From an uncultured delta proteobacterium (GTDB taxonomy: Bacteria; Desulfobacterota; Desulfobacteria; Desulfobacterales; Desulfatirhabdiaceae), in the NCBI GenBank assembly GCA_963789395.1, contig CAWBKP010000009.1:68234-132233 (forward strand): DNA of 64,000 nt. Direction: 5' to 3'. The notes beneath the pieces were generated by a model, which ran no database searches, was not told the origin of the DNA, and worked only from the letters and a program-made list of their open reading frames with translations. Positions 45,975 to 56,853 of the stretch are shown here, piece after piece (position 1 is the first letter of the stretch; each line of letters starts with the position of its first letter). The translations under genes were made by a program, and so were the position numbers.

Positions 45975-46077
45975 GGGCCAAAAACTATCACAAATTCAAC
46001 TGCCGCGCAAGGGATGCACCGGGTCATTTTGTCAAACATCCTTGACCTTGGAGCCGTGATTGTACTATTTAAGCAAA

Positions 46078-47712
46078 ATGCCTGCAACCCCGTCTTCCTT
46101 ATATGCAACAAGAACCGGCCCGATTGTCCGGCAGGTTATTTCGCCGATTTCAGCAAAAGCCTGGCTGGTCATCCTGACCGGGCTGGGACTGCGGCTATGG
46201 GGTTGCTTTCACACCGTCATCGTCAATCCGGATGGTGCGCTGTATATTCATCAGGCCATGGCGCTGTACTATAAAAACTGGAACAGCCTGAAAGCCTGCG
46301 GATTGACTTCGTTGTCATCCTATCCGGTGCTCATTGCCGGAGGGTATTATCTGATTCACGACTGGGTCCTGTCGGCACGCCTGATCTCCCTTATTTTCAG
46401 CACGGCACTTCTTGTTCCCCTTTATCTGATGATCAAAGAATGGGTCAGGCAAGACTGCGCAATTCTAACCCTTTTGGTATTTGCGGTCACCCCGGTTCTG
46501 GTCAGCAGCAGCGCTGAACTGGTCAGGGATCCGATATGCTGGTTTTTTCTGTGCACCGGCGTCTTTGCCATAATCCGCAGGGAATCCACGCATTCCCGAT
46601 GGCTTCTTCTGGTTTCATCCCTCTGCTTTCTGGCAGCGATCTGGGCCAGAATTGATGCCGTATTGTTTCTGGGGGTTACCCTGGGGTATCTTCTGCTCGA
46701 AAAAAAGAACCCGAAATCCCTCAATATCCTGATTTTTCTCTCTCCGCTCATTGCGATCGGATTTATTTCAGCTGCGGGGCTGATGCTCTCCGGCCTGTCC
46801 GTTATCAGTCTGCATCGGGGCCATGAAATCATCGGAAAATTCATCGAGCCGATCCGCCAGTATCAAAGACTGGCTGAAAGCTTAAGAAGTCTTGTCTGGT
46901 CCAGCCCGAATCTATACGTGGAATATTTCCTTCCCGAAGCCCGGAACCAGATCTGGCTGATCGCTTTCGGAACAGTATTAAATCGTTTTCTGGAAGCATT
47001 CTTCTACCCGTTTGTCGTATTTTATTTTATCGGCCTTCGGGGAATTCACGAAAAAATCCGATCGGACACAAGATTGTTATATCCGGTGTTCCTGACTATC
47101 ACGGGTCTGGCCCTGCTTTATGTGCACACCCTTCAGACCTGGATGCTGTATTACCGGTTTTTTGCAATCGTGATGATTCCGGGCGCCGTTTTCTGCGCCT
47201 TCGGGCTGGAAAAACTTCTGGAGGTACTCCCAAAACGGCTGCATGCTCAGCCGGCGACTGTTTTTTGGGTGATTTTTCTGTTGATTATCGGCGTCAGTCT
47301 TCCCAAAAACCTCAAATCGGCGGACCCGGACAATTCGGTATTTATCCAGATTGGTGAGACCGTTTTTCAGAATGCACCTGAATCAACCGGCATCAGGATC
47401 GCAACATCCCGCCACACGCAGATATGGATCTCTTTTTATGCCAATCTCCATCATCACGAAACACCGCCCTGTCCGAACGATCCAGACAACTTCCTGGAAT
47501 CCTTTCCCGATGATCCGGAACAGTTCTTAGACCATCTCCGGCAAAACAGACAGGATTTTGTGCTGTGGGAGGAAAAACACTGGCCTTTTCACAATTTCAC
47601 CTTGTCGGCGCCCGTTGACATTAAAACATACAAGGAACTGGGCCGGTGGGATCACCCGGATACGGGGAAAATGATCCTTTATTCGGTCAGCCTTGAAACG
47701 GATGACAAATAA
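46078..47712 (+). CDS. GT-C (ArnT/PMT, GT39-like) membrane glycosyltransferase
   Basis: first TM then NPDGALY, YP motif, ~12 TM helices, periplasmic tail. Confidence 0.7.
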   Translation: MPATPSSLYATRTGPIVRQVISPISAKAWLVILTGLGLRLWGCFHTVIVNPDGALYIHQAMALYYKNWNSLKACGLTSLSSYPVLIAGGYYLIHDWVLSARLISLIFSTALLVPLYLMIKEWVRQDCAILTLLVFAVTPVLVSSSAELVRDPICWFFLCTGVFAIIRRESTHSRWLLLVSSLCFLAAIWARIDAVLFLGVTLGYLLLEKKNPKSLNILIFLSPLIAIGFISAAGLMLSGLSVISLHRGHEIIGKFIEPIRQYQRLAESLRSLVWSSPNLYVEYFLPEARNQIWLIAFGTVLNRFLEAFFYPFVVFYFIGLRGIHEKIRSDTRLLYPVFLTITGLALLYVHTLQTWMLYYRFFAIVMIPGAVFCAFGLEKLLEVLPKRLHAQPATVFWVIFLLIIGVSLPKNLKSADPDNSVFIQIGETVFQNAPESTGIRIATSRHTQIWISFYANLHHHETPPCPNDPDNFLESFPDDPEQFLDHLRQNRQDFVLWEEKHWPFHNFTLSAPVDIKTYKELGRWDHPDTGKMILYSVSLETDDK

Positions 47713-47715
47713 GAG

Positions 47716-48978
47716 ATGACGGAGAACAGTAAAAAGAGCCGCAACCCATCGCCCGCCGTCCGTCGTTCGTCCATCGCCGTGGTGATTCCCCGGTACGGCC
47801 GTATCGGCGGCGCCGAGAACATGGCGTTTCAGCTCTGTGAGCGCCTGGCCGCAATGCCGGAATTTGATATGCATGTTTTTGCCCGAAAATGGGATTTCGG
47901 CCCTTCCCTGGTTACGTTTCATAAAGTGCCCATGATTCACTTTCCCAGGTGGCTTCAGCCCATCAGTTTCGCCGGGTTTGCCCAGCGGAGAATTTCCAGC
48001 ATGGCGTTTGATCTGGTCCACAGCCATGAACGTATTTTTCGCATGGATCTGATGACGTTTCACGGCATACCGCATGAGACCTGGATTCATGATATGCGCC
48101 GGAAATCCCTGAGCGGTTTTGACCGGGCCACCTGCTGGGCGGAAAAAAAAGGGATTGAAAACCCGGCACTGAAAATGATTCTGCCGGTTTCAACCCTGGT
48201 AAAAAAAGAGCTGTCCAAACACTATGCCATTTCCGAAGATCGTGTTTCCGTTGTCCATCCGGGGGTGTCGATCGAACGGTTTTCGGGCCTGAATGCCCAA
48301 TCCTGCCGCGAGCGGATCCGCGCCCGCCACGGGTTATCCGCAACAGATGTGGTCATTTGTTTTGTGGGAATGAATTTTGAAATCAAGCGGCTGGATCTGA
48401 CGATTCAGGCAATTGCCGGCATGCGGCAAGATGGCGTTTCCGCTCCCCTGCCAAGGCTTCTGGTCGTTGGAAAAGGAAACTCGGGGCCGTACTCAAAAAT
48501 GGCCGGAGATCTTGGTATCAGCGATCTGGTTGTCTTTGCCGGCATAACCGATGACGTAGAAGCCTATTACCTGGCAAGCGATGTGTTTGTGATGCCCTCA
48601 CACATGGACACTTTCGGGCTTGTGGTTCTGGAGGCCATGGCAGCGGGGCTTCCGGTCGTGATCAGCGCTACCGTGGGCGCAGCCGATCTGGTGACCCATG
48701 GCGGCAACGGGTTGATTCTGCCTCAAACCCCATCGGCACGGGATATGACGGCATGCCTGATCCGCTTGATGCATCCGGAGCTTCGCCAATCCATGGGTGA
48801 TGCCGCCAGACAGGTCGCCAAAAATCATGACTGGGACAAGGTTGCCGACAAAATGGCCGGCATATACCGGAACCTCATTGCAGGCAAAATCCGAAATTCG
48901 AACATCGAAATTCAAAACAAATACAAAATTCCATCTCAGAATGACCAAAACCCGCAGCTTGAATACGCACGGTTTTGA
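47716..48978 (+). CDS. glycosyltransferase family 4 (LPS core-type)
   Basis: GGAE, HSHE, FGLVVLEAMAAGLPV. Confidence 0.9.
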   Translation: MTENSKKSRNPSPAVRRSSIAVVIPRYGRIGGAENMAFQLCERLAAMPEFDMHVFARKWDFGPSLVTFHKVPMIHFPRWLQPISFAGFAQRRISSMAFDLVHSHERIFRMDLMTFHGIPHETWIHDMRRKSLSGFDRATCWAEKKGIENPALKMILPVSTLVKKELSKHYAISEDRVSVVHPGVSIERFSGLNAQSCRERIRARHGLSATDVVICFVGMNFEIKRLDLTIQAIAGMRQDGVSAPLPRLLVVGKGNSGPYSKMAGDLGISDLVVFAGITDDVEAYYLASDVFVMPSHMDTFGLVVLEAMAAGLPVVISATVGAADLVTHGGNGLILPQTPSARDMTACLIRLMHPELRQSMGDAARQVAKNHDWDKVADKMAGIYRNLIAGKIRNSNIEIQNKYKIPSQNDQNPQLEYARF

Positions 48979-49030
48979 ACATTATGATTTTGATCATTGT
49001 CCCGGATTTTGATATTCGAAATTCGAATTT
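48887..49030. repeat. MITE-like imperfect palindromic element (27-nt terminal inverted repeats)
   Basis: aaatccgaaattcgaacatcgaaattc (48887-48913) versus ggattttgatattcgaaattcgaattt (49004-49030), 5 mismatches; related arms at 30571-30605 and 31301-31335. Confidence 0.7.
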
Positions 49031-49087
49031 ATAATTATTGTATGTAGCTCCTTCAGACACAATGCTAACGCATCAACAGGAGAAGCC

Positions 49088-50053
49088 ATGCCACCCTTCC
49101 CGGAAATTGATATCAGCCGGGTCCGTACCTGCTCAGCCAGGACGCGGATTTCCAAGATAAGCACGGAACTGGAAGCAGGACCCATTCGCGCCAACATGTC
49201 GATGCACGATTTTCTGGAAGCGCTGCCGAAAATACTCAAGGCAGATGCCCTGAAGGCGATTGCCCTGGCGGTGGTCAATGCAAAAAAGAAAAGCAAACCC
49301 GTCATTGCCATGATCGGCGGCCATGTCATCAAAACCGGATGCAGCCCGGTGCTTGCAGGTCTGATTGATAACGGGTATATTACCCATGTGGCCTCAAACG
49401 GCGCCGCCGCCATTCATGATACGGAGCTTGCCCGGTTTGGCCATACCTCCGAGGATGTGGCCACCCAGCTTGAAGACGGATCATTTGGCATGGCGGAAGA
49501 TACGGCGGCCCTGGTCAATGAAGCTGCCAGACAGTCTGCGGCATCAACCGAAACGCCGGAGGAAGGCTTTGGAGAAGCCGTTGGAAGACTTCTCTCACAG
49601 GAAGCGCCGCCGTATCTGAACCGGGCTTTGACCTATGAATGTTTTCGGTTGAAAATCCCCTATACCCTTCACGTGGCGCTGGGAACCGATATTGTGCATC
49701 AGCATCCTTCGGCCAGCGGGGCCGCCATCGGAGAAGCGTCTTTACGGGATTTCCGAATTTTTGCGGCATCGGTTTCCCGGCTGGGAGAAGGGGGCGTCGT
49801 GCTCAATTTCGGCAGCGCGGTCCTGATGCCGGAGGTTTTTTTAAAAGCCCTGGCCGTTGCCCGCAACCTGGGGTTTTCCGTTACCCATTTTACAACCGCC
49901 AATTTTGACATGATCCAGCATTACCGGCCGACCGTAAATGTGGTTCAGCGTCCCGTATTGCCTGGGGGCAAGGGATATGCTATTACGGGTCATCATGAGA
50001 TCATGATTCCGCTTCTGGCTGCAGCGATTTATGAAACTGCCTTGAAAGCGTGA
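49088..50053 (+). CDS. uncharacterised deoxyhypusine-synthase-like fold protein
   Basis: GGHVIKTG, NGAAAIHD, GTDIVH, GSAVLMPEVFLK, GHHEIM. Confidence 0.6.
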   Translation: MPPFPEIDISRVRTCSARTRISKISTELEAGPIRANMSMHDFLEALPKILKADALKAIALAVVNAKKKSKPVIAMIGGHVIKTGCSPVLAGLIDNGYITHVASNGAAAIHDTELARFGHTSEDVATQLEDGSFGMAEDTAALVNEAARQSAASTETPEEGFGEAVGRLLSQEAPPYLNRALTYECFRLKIPYTLHVALGTDIVHQHPSASGAAIGEASLRDFRIFAASVSRLGEGGVVLNFGSAVLMPEVFLKALAVARNLGFSVTHFTTANFDMIQHYRPTVNVVQRPVLPGGKGYAITGHHEIMIPLLAAAIYETALKA

Positions 50054-50096
50054 TCCACGTTCTCGTAAAAGAATGACGGTTGGGTGAAGGAAAAAG

Positions 50097-50674
50097 ATGG
50101 ACACAATTGTTTTTGGATCAAATATCCGAGCATATAGACAGTTTTCAGGCCCTGAAGCTCATGGCGCCGGAGATTCTCCGTTCGGCACAGGATGCTGACC
50201 GCAACAATCGAATCCGGCAATAAAATACTCATCTGCGGAAATGGCGGCTCCGCGGCAGACGCCCAGCATTTTGCGGCGGAGCTTGTGGGCCGGTTTGAAA
50301 CGGAACGGACGTCTTACCCCGCCATTGCCCTAACCACGGATTCATCCGCTTTAACGGCAATCGGCAATGACTACGGATTCGATCGGGTGTTTTCCCGGCA
50401 GGTCGAGGGGCTGGGCCGGAAAGGGGATATGCTGATCGCTATTTCCACTTCCGGCAATTCCCCCAATATATTCGAAGCGGTTCGAAAAGCCGCTTCTATG
50501 GGAATGCAGACCATCGGACTTCTGGGAAGAGACGGCGGTGGCATCAAAAGTGAAGTCGGCTGCCCGGTGATTGTTCCGCATGCCCGTACCGCCAGAATCC
50601 AGGAAGCCCACGGCTTCATCCTGCATTTCTGGGCATCCTGCGTGGATGAAGCCGTAAAGGAACCGGATTCATGA
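50097..50674 (+). CDS. gmhA: D-sedoheptulose-7-phosphate isomerase (N-terminus frameshifted)
   Basis: [29 protein letters not shown]. Confidence 0.93.
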
Positions 50675-52152
50675 ATTTGTCCGCCTTAAGCCAAAAACGA
50701 ATCCTGGTTGTCGGCGATATCATGCTGGATCGGTATCTCTGGGGTGATGTCAAGCGGATATCGCCCGAAGCGCCGGTGCCTGTTGTCCGGGTCCGCCAGC
50801 AATCCGAGGTTCCGGGAGGCGCCGGAAATGTTGCGGCAAACCTGGCCGGCCTGCAATGCCCGGTTTCTATCCTGGGTGTATGCGGAAACGATGACGCCGG
50901 AAGCCGTTTAAAAAAAATTCTTCTGGAAAAAGGCATCGATCCATTGCTTCAGGAAAGCATAACGCGGCCGACCATTACCAAGACTCGCGTTATGGCCAGA
51001 GGCCAGCAGCTTCTTCGCCTGGATGAGGAAGAGCCCCGGATTTTAAGTCCTGAGCTGGAAGAAAAATTCATCGCCTGCTTTGAACAGAAAGCCCCTGCCT
51101 GTGATGTCGTCGTCTTGTCCGATTACGGAAAAGGCATTTTTCAGACGCCGGGTCTTTGCCAGCAACTCATCGGGAATTGCAGGGCCCGCAGCATCCCTGT
51201 TCTGGTGGACCCCAAAGGCGCGGACTGGACTCGTTACCAGGGCGCTACCTGCGTCACCCCCAATACCGCCGAACTGGCGCTGGTCACGGGCGGCGCTTCC
51301 GAAGAAAGCGAGCCGCAGTTGCATCAGAGCGCTTTGACCATCCGCGGCCGATACGGACTGGAATGGCTTCTGGTAACGCGGGGCTCCAGGGGAATGGTTC
51401 TTTGCGGCAATGCCGCCTCTTCCCTGATTATCCCGGCAAGAGCCAGGGAAGTATTCGATGTATCCGGCGCCGGAGACACGGTCATTGCCACGCTGGCAGC
51501 CGGCCTTGCTTTGAAGCTTTCCTTTGCCGAGGCAGCACAACTTGCGAACCTGGCAGCTGGAATCGTGGTGGGAAAACTGGGAACCCAACCGATTACCCGC
51601 CCCGAGCTGTCGGCTGCCGTAGACCTGAATGACATGCAGCATCAGAGCACCGGCGCATCCAAAATCGCTACATTGGAGTCCGCCCGGATTCTGGTCAAGT
51701 CCTGGCAGAGCTCCGACCAAAAAGTGGTATTTACCAATGGATGCTATGACCTGCTGCATCCGGGCCATATTCATCTTCTGCATCAGTCCAGGGCTCTGGG
51801 AGATCGCCTGATTGTCGGACTCAATACGGACGCATCGGTCAGGCGCCTGAAAGGCAATACCCGCCCCATCCTGGCGGAAAGGGACCGGGCTGCCATCATC
51901 AGCGCACTTGGCTGTGTGGATATGGTAGTCCTGTTTGATGAAGACACGCCGCTTGAACTCATCCGGGCCATAAAACCCGATATTCTGGTCAAGGGCGAGG
52001 ATTACCGCCTGGATCAGGTGGTGGGAAGGGATGTTGTTGAATCCTATGGCGGCAGGGTCTGCCGCGTTCCCCTGCTTGAGGGCTACAGCACCACGCAGAT
52101 CGCTGAAAAAATCGCATCCACGCGAGCAGAATTTCACTCGAAAATAAATTAG
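50671..52152 (+). CDS. hldE: bifunctional heptose-7-phosphate kinase / heptose-1-phosphate adenylyltransferase
   Basis: [42 protein letters not shown]. Confidence 0.95.
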   Translation: MNLSALSQKRILVVGDIMLDRYLWGDVKRISPEAPVPVVRVRQQSEVPGGAGNVAANLAGLQCPVSILGVCGNDDAGSRLKKILLEKGIDPLLQESITRPTITKTRVMARGQQLLRLDEEEPRILSPELEEKFIACFEQKAPACDVVVLSDYGKGIFQTPGLCQQLIGNCRARSIPVLVDPKGADWTRYQGATCVTPNTAELALVTGGASEESEPQLHQSALTIRGRYGLEWLLVTRGSRGMVLCGNAASSLIIPARAREVFDVSGAGDTVIATLAAGLALKLSFAEAAQLANLAAGIVVGKLGTQPITRPELSAAVDLNDMQHQSTGASKIATLESARILVKSWQSSDQKVVFTNGCYDLLHPGHIHLLHQSRALGDRLIVGLNTDASVRRLKGNTRPILAERDRAAIISALGCVDMVVLFDEDTPLELIRAIKPDILVKGEDYRLDQVVGRDVVESYGGRVCRVPLLEGYSTTQIAEKIASTRAEFHSKIN

Positions 52153-52203
52153 ATAAATAAAAAGTTCCCCACATCCTAACCCATAAACTGACAGGAGATA
52201 GAT

Positions 52204-52374
52204 ATGGCGATTCACCCGGAACTTTTAAAAATTCTGGCCTGCCCCAAATGCAAGGGGGACATTTATCTGAACCAGGCCGGCGATGGGCTGGTCTGCGACC
52301 AGTGCAAACTCATTTATGAGATTCGCGATGATATTCCCATCATGCTGATTGAAGAAGCCAAGCCGCTTGTCTGA
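52204..52374 (+). CDS. Trm112/YcaR-like small protein (56 aa, not in the ORF track)
   Basis: MAIHPELLKILACPKCKG...CDQC...YEIRDDIPIMLIEEA; AGGAG ribosome-binding site. Confidence 0.9.
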   Translation: MAIHPELLKILACPKCKGDIYLNQAGDGLVCDQCKLIYEIRDDIPIMLIEEAKPLV

Positions 52375-52379
52375 TTTCC

Positions 52380-52913
52380 ATGAGCCATCCCCAGCCCCCC
52401 AAACCCGCCAAACTGGTCATCGGACTCTTTACCCGAATGCCGGAACGGATGACTGCCGTGGCGGCAAAGCTTGGGGAAAGTTTCGGGCCGATTGACATGG
52501 TCAGTCCGCTTTTTCCCTTTGACTTTACAACATATTATGAAAAAGAAATGGGCTCCGGGCTGCTTCGGAGAATTTTTGTCTTTAAACCCCTGATCCAGCA
52601 GGACGATCTGGCTGACATCAAAGTGAGAACCAATGCCATTGAAACACTGTATAGCACGGATGGCATGCGGCAGATCAACATCGACCCCGGATACCTTTTG
52701 ATGGAACGGGTGGTGCTGGCGACCGGAAAGAATTTTGCGCACAGGATCTATATCGGCAAGTGCATTTACGCCGACCTGACGCTCATATATCAGAAGAACG
52801 GCTACCAACCCCTTCCCTGGACGTACCCGGATTATGCCCAGGATACCATCCGGAATTTTTTCGCCCTTGTCCGGAATAAATATATGGAAGATTTAAAGGA
52901 AGGCCTTCGATGA
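52380..52913 (+). CDS. DUF4416-family protein
   Basis: TTYYEKEMG, RQINIDPGY, LAT.KNFAHRIY, PWTYPDY. Confidence 0.8.
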   Translation: MSHPQPPKPAKLVIGLFTRMPERMTAVAAKLGESFGPIDMVSPLFPFDFTTYYEKEMGSGLLRRIFVFKPLIQQDDLADIKVRTNAIETLYSTDGMRQINIDPGYLLMERVVLATGKNFAHRIYIGKCIYADLTLIYQKNGYQPLPWTYPDYAQDTIRNFFALVRNKYMEDLKEGLR

Positions 52914-53788
52914 TTCTTAGCATGACCGCTTTTTCCACTGCGAAACTGGTCCTGCCCGCCATCTCCGTCAACTGTGAAATCCGCGCCTGCAACAGCAAAG
53001 CACTGGACATTTCGCTTCGCATCACCTCCGGGTATGCCGCTCTCGAGGAAAAAATCAAATCCCTGATTTCTGAAACGATCAGCCGGGGGCGCCTGGATAT
53101 CGTGATTCAGATATTGGAAGCCGCTGAAACACCCGCTGCCTTTGAAATTGACGAACCGCGTGCATTGGCTTATTATCAGGTCCTGACCGAGATCAAAAAG
53201 CGGTTCTCGCTGAAGTCTCCCGTATCCCTGCAGATGATGGCAACTGCAGGAATCATCAAGCCTTGCGAATCTGAAAAAGACATGGATGCTGCCTGGGCTG
53301 CCGTCATGCCGTGCACCCGGACGGCAGTCTGTGAACTGGTGGCCATGCGACGGCAGGAAGGGGAGTATCTGGCCGGAGACATTCGCATCCGGCTTGCATC
53401 AATTGAAAACCATCTGGCCAAAATCGAAACGGACTCCGAAGGCCTGGTGGCCTATTACCAGGAGCGGCTGATTCGCCGCATTCAAAAAATCACCCAGGGA
53501 GTTGTTGATATCGATCCGGGACGAATGGCTCAGGAGGCGGCATTTCTGGCGGATCGCAGCGACATCTCCGAAGAAATCGTCAGAGCCAGAAGCCATATTC
53601 TTCAGTTCCGTCAGTTCATGGATGCGCCGGAGGCGGCAGGCAGGAAATTGAATTTCCTGCTTCAGGAAATGAACCGGGAATTCAACACCATGGGATCAAA
53701 AACCGAAAGCGCTTCGGTATCCTACAGCGTTGTCGAGGTAAAGACCGAACTTGAAAAAATTCGTGAACAGGTTCAAAATATCGAGTAA
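52910..53788 (+). CDS. yicC: YicC/YloC-family endoribonuclease
   Basis: SMTAF, DISEEI.R, GRKLNFLLQEMNREFNT.GSK, EKIREQVQNIE. Confidence 0.9.
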   Translation: MILSMTAFSTAKLVLPAISVNCEIRACNSKALDISLRITSGYAALEEKIKSLISETISRGRLDIVIQILEAAETPAAFEIDEPRALAYYQVLTEIKKRFSLKSPVSLQMMATAGIIKPCESEKDMDAAWAAVMPCTRTAVCELVAMRRQEGEYLAGDIRIRLASIENHLAKIETDSEGLVAYYQERLIRRIQKITQGVVDIDPGRMAQEAAFLADRSDISEEIVRARSHILQFRQFMDAPEAAGRKLNFLLQEMNREFNTMGSKTESASVSYSVVEVKTELEKIREQVQNIE

Positions 53789-53797
53789 GGAGGCAGC

Positions 53798-54094
53798 TTG
53801 GAACCCCATCTCACCAATAACATTCCCAAAATCAATCACCTCATGCTGAACATCGGATTTGGAAACGTCGTGGCGGCAAATCGGGTCGTTGCCATTGTAT
53901 CCCCCAACTCAGCCCCGGTCAAACGCCTGAAAGACGAAGCCCGGGACGAAAAACGGCTGATCGATGTCACGCATGGCCGAAAAACCCGATCGGTTTTGAT
54001 TACGGACAGTAACCACGTTATTCTTTCCGCCATTCAAACCGAAACCATTTCCCAGCGGCTGTCGACATTAAAAGATGGAAATAACGGACAATGA
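53798..54094 (+). CDS. RemA/DUF370-family protein
   Basis: [28 protein letters not shown]; typical position between yicC and gmk. Confidence 0.88.
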   Translation: MEPHLTNNIPKINHLMLNIGFGNVVAANRVVAIVSPNSAPVKRLKDEARDEKRLIDVTHGRKTRSVLITDSNHVILSAIQTETISQRLSTLKDGNNGQ

Positions 54095-54753
54095 CCCCAC
54101 CTGGCGCGATTCCGGAAAACTGCCCATCCGGCACAAAGGGCTGTTTGTTTATCCTTTCCGCACCGTCCGGCACCGGAAAAACCACGCTCTGTCAGGCGAT
54201 CCAGCGGCATTTTCCGGACATGCTGTATTCCGTCTCCCATACCACCCGGACGCCAAGACATGGCGAAACCCCGGGAATCGATTATCATTTTATTACCAAA
54301 GACGAATTTCTGTATCGGATCGAATCCGGCGAATGGGCGGAATGGGCCCAGGTTCACGGGAATTATTACGGCACATCGGCGAACTTTCTGAATCAGGGAC
54401 TTGAGGCTGGAAAGGATATTCTGCTGGACATTGATGTTCAGGGAATGCTAAAAATACTGCAACGCTATCCTTCCAGCGTTACTATCTTTATCCGGCCGCC
54501 GTCTTTGAAAACCCTCAGAGATCGTCTGGAATCAAGAGGCACTGACAAACCGGATATCATCGAAACCCGATTGAAAAACGCGAAAAAAGAAATGGCCGAA
54601 GCCCATCGGTACCGCCATATCGTCGTGAACGACACGCTGGAAACCGCTACCAGGGAACTGATACTGCTGATCGACTCCTACCGGAAAAATCGGCACATTA
54701 CCGCCTATAGCCCATTACCTATAACTTATTGCCTATTGCCCATACCACTATGA
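54091..54753 (+). CDS. gmk: guanylate kinase
   Basis: [30 protein letters not shown]. Confidence 0.95.
   Translation: MTPPGAIPENCPSGTKGCLFILSAPSGTGKTTLCQAIQRHFPDMLYSVSHTTRTPRHGETPGIDYHFITKDEFLYRIESGEWAEWAQVHGNYYGTSANFLNQGLEAGKDILLDIDVQGMLKILQRYPSSVTIFIRPPSLKTLRDRLESRGTDKPDIIETRLKNAKKEMAEAHRYRHIVVNDTLETATRELILLIDSYRKNRHITAYSPLPITYCLLPIPL
54704..54745 (+). repeat. six tandem heptamers (cctatag cccatta cctataa cttattg cctattg cccatac)
   Basis: 7-nt periodicity read directly at the gmk/rlmB junction. Confidence 0.75.
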
Positions 54754-55499
54754 AAACCGAAATTCTATACGGCATCCATCCGGTACTGGAAGCCCTGAAA
54801 GCCGGCAGAAGAACCTGTCTGGAGATATATATCACCACGGACAGAACCCCCTATCGTCTATCGGAAGTAACCGAGGCTGCAACACTGCTGAAACTTCCGG
54901 TCAAGTCCCTGACCTCTGCCCAGCTATCCGTTCTATCAGGTACAGAGTCCCACCAGGGCATCGGCGCAAAAGTCAGTGAATACCCGCTGGTTGAGCCGGA
55001 ATCGCTTACCGAGGCTTCGACTGAAAGCCAGTCTCCCTGTTTTCTGCTGCTTCTGGACGGCATCGTGGATCCGCAGAACCTGGGAGCCCTTGTTCGAACC
55101 GCCCTTTGCGCGGGAGTCGACGGTATTCTCTTTCCCAAGGACCGATCGGCTTCTCCCCTGCCGTCTGTCTCCAAGTCATCGGCAGGCGCCATGGAACATC
55201 TTAAAATGGCCATGGTCACCAACCTGTCCGCAACCATTCAGGAGCTGAAACATGCGGGATTGTGGATTGCCGGTCTGGATAAGTCAGCCGAACAGCCTAT
55301 CTACGATATGGATTTGACAGGGCCCATCGCCATCGTGATCGGCGGAGAGGAAAAAGGCATTCGACCGCTTGTCAAAAAGCAGTGCGATTTTCTGATTTCG
55401 ATCCCGCAGACAGCAGGCTTCAACTCTCTGAACGCATCCGTTGCCGGCGCCGTGGTCATGTATGAAGCCGTTCGGCAGCGCATGAAAACAACTGGCTGA
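54750..55499 (+). CDS. rlmB: 23S rRNA Gm2251 methyltransferase (SpoU family)
   Basis: YGIHPV.EAL, HQGI, DPQNLGA.VR, GGEEKG, SLNASVA. Confidence 0.92.
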   Translation: MKTEILYGIHPVLEALKAGRRTCLEIYITTDRTPYRLSEVTEAATLLKLPVKSLTSAQLSVLSGTESHQGIGAKVSEYPLVEPESLTEASTESQSPCFLLLLDGIVDPQNLGALVRTALCAGVDGILFPKDRSASPLPSVSKSSAGAMEHLKMAMVTNLSATIQELKHAGLWIAGLDKSAEQPIYDMDLTGPIAIVIGGEEKGIRPLVKKQCDFLISIPQTAGFNSLNASVAGAVVMYEAVRQRMKTTG

Positions 55500-55590
55500 T
55501 TTTTTGTATGCCTGACTGTACTGAACTCTCACCGGCAGCCTTGCCACGCTGAATTCTTGACTTTGAACGCATTTGATACAAGGACATTTC

Positions 55591-56817
55591 ATGGACGCAT
55601 ACCCCAGCATCACCCTTGACCCCAACGGCCGTTTGAACGTACCCGATCTTCCCGTCATTCCCTTTATTGAAGGCGATGGCACCGGCCCCGATATCTGGCG
55701 GGCCACCCGAAGCGTCGTGGACGCAGCCGTGAAAAAAGCCTATTCGGGAAATAAAAAGATACAGTGGCTGGAAATCCTTGCCGGAGAAAAAGCGTTTCAC
55801 CGGACCGGAGAATGGCTTCCTGCACAGACCCTTGAGGCTATCAAGCGCCATGTCGTGGCCATCAAGGGACCGCTCACCACACCGGTCGGAAAAGGCATCC
55901 GAAGCGTGAATGTCACCCTTCGCCAGAAACTGGATCTTTTCGCCTGCATCCGGCCCGTCTGCTATGTTAAAGGCGTTCCCAGTCCCATGAAGCATCCGGA
56001 AAAAGTCGACATGGTGATTTTCCGGGAAAATACAGAAGACGTTTACGCAGGCATTGAATGGCCGTCCGGAAGCGACGACGCTGAAAAGGTGATCCGTTTT
56101 CTGAAAGAGACCATGGGCGTTCAGATCCCCGATCACGCCGGGATCGGCATCAAGCCCATGAGCCCGGCAAACAGCAAGCGCCTGGTTGCAAGCGCCATCA
56201 CCCACGCTATTGAAAACAAGCTGCCATCGGTTACCCTGATGCACAAGGGCAACATCATGAAATTCACCGAAGGCGCCTTCTGCCAGTGGGGATACGAAAT
56301 TGCCAGGGAGAAATTCGCGGATCAGACGATCACGGAAAAAGCGCTTTTTGAAACCCATGGCGGGGTCCGGCCCGAAGGGAAAATCGTGATCAAGGACCGC
56401 ATCGCGGACATGCTGTTCCAGCAGGTTCTCTTGCGGCCGGATGAATTTCACGTTATCGCCACCCCCAACCTGAACGGGGATTACCTTTCCGATGCCCTGG
56501 CGGCCCAGACCGGAGGCCTTGGCATGGCGCCCGGCGCCAATATCGGAGACAGGTGCGCGGTATTTGAAGCCACGCATGGCACAGCCCCCAAATATGCGGG
56601 ACTGGACAAGGTCAATCCCGGCTCCCTGATTCTGTCCGCAGCCATGATGCTGGAGCATATGACGTGGAAAGAAGCGGCCTGCCGGATTCGAACCGCTCTC
56701 CAGGCTACGGTGCAGGCAGGCACCGTCACCTATGATCTGGCCCGCCAGATTCCCGGCGCTGTCGAAGTCTCCTGTTCCGGTTTTGCCGAAGCCATGATAC
56801 GAAAAATGGAGGAGTGA
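55591..56817 (+). CDS. icd: isocitrate dehydrogenase (NADP-type)
   Basis: [55 protein letters not shown]. Confidence 0.95.
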   Translation: MDAYPSITLDPNGRLNVPDLPVIPFIEGDGTGPDIWRATRSVVDAAVKKAYSGNKKIQWLEILAGEKAFHRTGEWLPAQTLEAIKRHVVAIKGPLTTPVGKGIRSVNVTLRQKLDLFACIRPVCYVKGVPSPMKHPEKVDMVIFRENTEDVYAGIEWPSGSDDAEKVIRFLKETMGVQIPDHAGIGIKPMSPANSKRLVASAITHAIENKLPSVTLMHKGNIMKFTEGAFCQWGYEIAREKFADQTITEKALFETHGGVRPEGKIVIKDRIADMLFQQVLLRPDEFHVIATPNLNGDYLSDALAAQTGGLGMAPGANIGDRCAVFEATHGTAPKYAGLDKVNPGSLILSAAMMLEHMTWKEAACRIRTALQATVQAGTVTYDLARQIPGAVEVSCSGFAEAMIRKMEE

Positions 56818-56853
56818 GCCCTGTTTCGGATCATCAAAGCCTTTGCAGAAGCC

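Noticed and set aside
51043..52215. 390-aa minus-strand ORF
   Set aside because: Shadow of hldE.
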